From Heterodontus francisci (taxonomy: Eukaryota), in contig NC_090413.1 of the NCBI RefSeq assembly GCF_036365525.1, positions 26,226,142-26,290,141 of the forward strand: a stretch of DNA of 64,000 bases. The letters run 5' to 3'. The notes beneath the pieces were generated by a model. It saw nothing but the letters and a program-made list of their open reading frames with translations, was not told where the DNA came from and did not search any database. Position numbers and translations under genes: made by a program. Shown here piece by piece: positions 60,525-64,000 of this stretch (position 1 is the stretch's first letter; every line of letters starts with the position of its first letter).

Positions 60525-61685
60525 AGTTAGAATTAGAACATTAGAACATTACAGCGCAGTACAGGCCCTTCGGCCCTCGATGTTGCGCCGACCTGTGAAA
60601 CCATCTGACCTACACTATTCCATTTTCATCCATATGTCTATCCAATGACCACTTAAATGCCCTTAAAGTTGGCGAGTCTACTACTGCTGCAGGCAGGGCG
60701 TTCCACGCCCCTCCTACTCTCTGAGTAAAGAAACTACCTCTGACATCTGTCCTATATCTATCACCCCTCAACTTAAAGCTATGTCCCCTCGTGTTTGCCA
60801 TCACCATCCGAGGAAAAAGACTCTCACTATCCACCCTATCTAACCCTCTGATTATCTTCTATGTCTCTATTAAGTCACCTCTCCTCCTCCTTCTCTCCAA
60901 CGAAAACAACCTCAAGTCCCTCAGCCTTTCCTCGTAAGACCTTCCCTCCATACCAGGCAACATCCTAGTAAATCTCCTCTGCACCCTTTCCAAAGCTTCC
61001 ACATCCTTCCTATAATGCGGTGACCAGAACTGCACGCAATACTCCAGGTGCGGTCTCACCAGAGTTTTGTACAGCTGCAGCATGACATCGTGGCTCCGAA
61101 ACTCGATCCCCCTACTAATAAAAGCTAACACACCATATGCCTTCTTAACAGCCCTATTAACCTGGGTAGCAACCTTCAGGGATTTATGTACCTGGACACC
61201 AAGATATCTCTGTTCATCTACACTACCAAGAATCTTCCCATTAGCCCAATACTCTGCATTCCTGTTACTCCTTCCAAAGTGAATCACCTCGCACTTTTCC
61301 GCATTAAACTCCATTTGCCATCTCTCAGCCCAGCTCTGCAGCCTATCTATGTCTCTCTGTAACCTACAACATCCTTTGGCACTATCCACAACTCCACCGA
61401 CCTTCGTGTCATCCGCAAATTTACTAACCCACCCTTCTACACCCTCTTCCAGGTCATTTATAAAAATGACAAACAGCAGTGGCCCCAAAACAGATCCTTG
61501 CTGTACACCACTAGTAACTAAACTCCAGGATGAACATTTGCCATCAACCACCACCCTCTCTCTTCTTTCAGCTAGCCAATTTCTGATCCAAAGCTCTAAA
61601 TCACCTTCAACCCATACTTCCGTATTTTCTGCAATAGCCTACCGTGGGGAACCTTATCAAACGCCTTACTGAAATCCATATCCAT
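60525..61685 (-). mobile_element. Relatively young CR1 LINE, 5'-truncated
   Basis: 231-aa ORF with GVQQGSVLGP and KFADDTK; (TTAGAACA)n terminal repeat at about 60527-60550. Confidence 0.95.
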
Positions 61686-62293
61686 AGTGGGAATACCTTT
61701 GCCTCTGTGCGAGGCATATGCAGCCACTGGATTTCTAGCAAGTTTTTCTCCTTCCTTCTCCAGATCATCACCTTTTGAATTACCCAAGGATCCTTCCTTG
61801 ACTTCCCTGCATGTCATCCCTCAGTGATATTATCCAAAAGCACAGGGTCATCTCTCAGGCATGTGCAGAAGACACCCAGTTCTGCCTCTTTTCCAGTCTT
61901 TCCCCTCTGTGCTGCCTTTCCGATGTCAAGTCCAGGATAACCAATGTTTTCCTTTTCGCTAGATATCGGGAAGACTGAAGTCATCATTCTTGCTCACTTG
62001 ATAGTTAATCTATCCTCACTCTCGCTCGGACTGAGTAAGGCTGTATGGAACCTTGCATCCTTTATGACACTAAGCTGAATTTCAAACTCCATAAACTCTT
62101 CATTGCTGAAGGCTGCTCATTTCCATCTTCACACATTTCCCACTTTGGCCCCTTCACAGCCCCTCCAACAATGAAGACCCTTATCCATCCTTTGTCACCT
62201 CCCGACAATTATTCTACAAACCTCCCCCCCCCCCCCCCCCCCCACTTCCTTTGCCCAGTACACTCCCAACTTGTTGCAAATGCACCTGCTAGT

Positions 62294-62646
62294 TAAAGGC
62301 CTGCTACCCGACCCGAACCCAATGGGACCCAACAACATGTGTTGGGTTCAGGTTGGGTCGGGTTGCACGTCCGGGTCCGGCATTAGGGCTCGGGCCAGGT
62401 CGGACATGCTCTATCGCAGGTAAGTGACTCCAATGTTAATTTAATCTTTGGACTAGAAAGGTGGTTTTGTTAGTTATTTTCAGCTTGTGCAGAAAGTGAA
62501 AAACGGAAGGTAAGTTAACTGATGGTCGGGTCAGGTCGGGCGTGGGAAAAAATGGAAGCACTCAGGCTGGATCGGGCTTGGGTCGGATGTGGTTCTGTCC
62601 GGCTCGGGTCAGGTTTTTTTTTTTTGCAGACCTGAGCAGGCCTTTA
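62294..62646. mobile_element. hAT-superfamily MITE (copy 2, opposite orientation to copy 1), inserted in an L2 relic
   Basis: Perfect 12-bp TIR TAAAGGCCTGCT / AGCAGGCCTTTA and perfect 8-bp TSD ctgctagt (62286-62293, 62647-62654). Confidence 0.92.
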
Positions 62647-62942
62647 CTGCTAGTCTTACTTTATCCTTCCCACCCCTCGCTCTGTCTGCCAGTACAGTGA
62701 AATCAAAGTCCTTGTCCTCTAATCACTCCAGTGGCCTTGCTGTGCCCTGTGTTTCCACCATCTCCTCCAAACCTCTTGTCCCTCACGGTCTTTCAACTCT
62801 GGTCTTCCTGTGCAGTGGCTCCTCCACCCCAGAATTTTCAGCCCCTGTGATGTCCGAATGCTGACCAAGGTAATAAATGTCCTTCACAGCTGCTGTGTTT
62901 GCATTGTGGCCCATTTATACAGTGCAAGTGTGGCGATCCTGT

Positions 62943-63097
62943 AAACACTCGGCAGGCTTGGCAGCATCTGGAGAGAGAAACAGAGTTAATGTTTCAGGTC
63001 GATGACCTTTTATCAGAACCACTGATTAAAAATCGCCAACCTGAAACATTACCTCTGTTCCTCTCTTCCCAGGTGCTGCCAGGCCTGCTGAGTGTTT
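62943..63097. repeat. Fold-back (inverted) pair of Penelope-like repeats with degenerate hammerhead motifs
   Basis: Arms about 62943-63005 and 63033-63097 are imperfect reverse complements separated by a loop of about 27 nt. Confidence 0.75.
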
Positions 63098-63321
63098 CCA
63101 GCATTTTCTCTTTTTATTTCAGATTTGTAGCACCCGACACAATATTTTGCTTTAGTGGAGATCCTGTGATTGTTTAGGGATTGATTTTCTTAATAGCCAC
63201 TCTACAATGATCTTGTCTGTGGAAGCGACTGCATTCAGCACAATGTGAATGTTTGAATTTTAATTAATGAATATGAAGATGCAAACTAAAGCCGGGTAAT
63301 CAGATATTTGTATTGCTCCAG

Positions 63322-63479
63322 GTACTTTCAAAATCCAGAAGACGAGGTTACGCAAAGAGAGTTTTGACCTGCATCAGACGAGTGACAGACTGTACTTTCT
63401 AGATTCAAAGCTGGGAAAGTACGTTCCCCTGGACAAGAAGATTTACGACTCTATTCTGGCTGGAAATTACCATCTATAG
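63322..63479 (+). CDS. SLC27A1: SLC27A1 coding exon 12 (terminal; 3' UTR follows)
   Basis: gctccag|; [27 protein letters not shown]...GNYHL*, TAG 63477-63479. Confidence 0.95.
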
Positions 63480-64000
63480 TTTAGAAATCCAAATTCTGGG
63501 AAGCTTAACAATTTTTAAAAAAGTATCAGAAAAAATGGAGGAAGAGCTTAGCTATATGCAGAGCTGAAAGAAAAACTGCCCAGAGGAGGAAGAGTAAAAA
63601 CCCTGTGGAATGAAACACTATTTTGCCAGCTGGGAACAGCCCTATTTGTGTACCATTTGTCACCTATGTTGAACTCCAGGTTTCTCAAAGTATCTATTGG
63701 AATGGCTCGGGAGTTGGGCTCTAATCTGTGTTCCCAGAGCCCTATCTAGAATTTAGAAGTTGGAAGAATTTTGGAGTAAGAATGGACAGGTCTGATTCAG
63801 AAACTGGAACCCTCAAGTTAATATGCTTTCATTTGAGCCATTTTTTCTGCTCCAGAGCTTCCTCAGTAGTGTCTTGCAAACATACCACATGCTCAAGGAG
63901 TTGAGATGATGCATTAAGTCACTAACTTTCTCTACAGTCATGCTGGCTTCAATCGAGAGCATTAACATCCCCCTCTGCCTTTCCACTCCCTCCACCCCTA

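Larger units (their letters stand above)
29760..63479 (+). other. SLC27A1: Gene span: long-chain fatty acid transport protein 1 (FATP1, acyl-CoA synthetase), 12 coding exons, 1941 nt, 646 aa
   Basis: Exon lengths 167,395,162,70,92,110,210,127,138,165,147,158 join in frame with GT-AG introns. AMP-binding motif [12 protein letters not shown] and FACS motif [35 protein letters not shown] present. TFKIQKTRL and total length fit SLC27A1 rather than SLC27A4. Confidence 0.95.

Overview
Vertebrate genomic DNA, very probably from a shark or other elasmobranch (HE1-type and Deu-domain SINEs, abundant CR1-clade LINEs). Three genes were reconstructed by hand from splice sites and reading phase. (1) The first coding exon of a probable RASAL3 (minus, 2013-2526). 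(2) A complete PGLYRP2 peptidoglycan amidase (minus, 5 coding exons, 16480-5280, about 495 aa). (3) A complete SLC27A1/FATP1 (plus, 12 coding exons, 29760-63479, 646 aa) with a probable non-coding first exon in a CpG-rich promoter at about 19.8-20.0 kb. PGLYRP2 and SLC27A1 are head-to-head, separated by a 1.27-kb hexamer-based tandem array that abuts the SLC27A1 promoter. Much of the rest is transposon debris: two CR1-clade LINE families, L2 relics, three tRNA-derived SINE families each sharing a tail with a LINE, a hAT MITE with 8-bp TSDs, a Harbinger-like MITE, and Penelope-like repeats. The most notable hidden signals are a minimal hammerhead-ribozyme motif with an intact core in SLC27A1 intron 6 (53794-53832, sense strand) plus degenerate fold-back sister copies, a hAT MITE carrying conserved perfect splice signals, and the E-box-saturated array at the divergent promoter. 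No database searches were possible, so family names rest on recalled motifs and TE boundaries are approximate. I do not see firm evidence of a wholly new biological system; the findings are leads.
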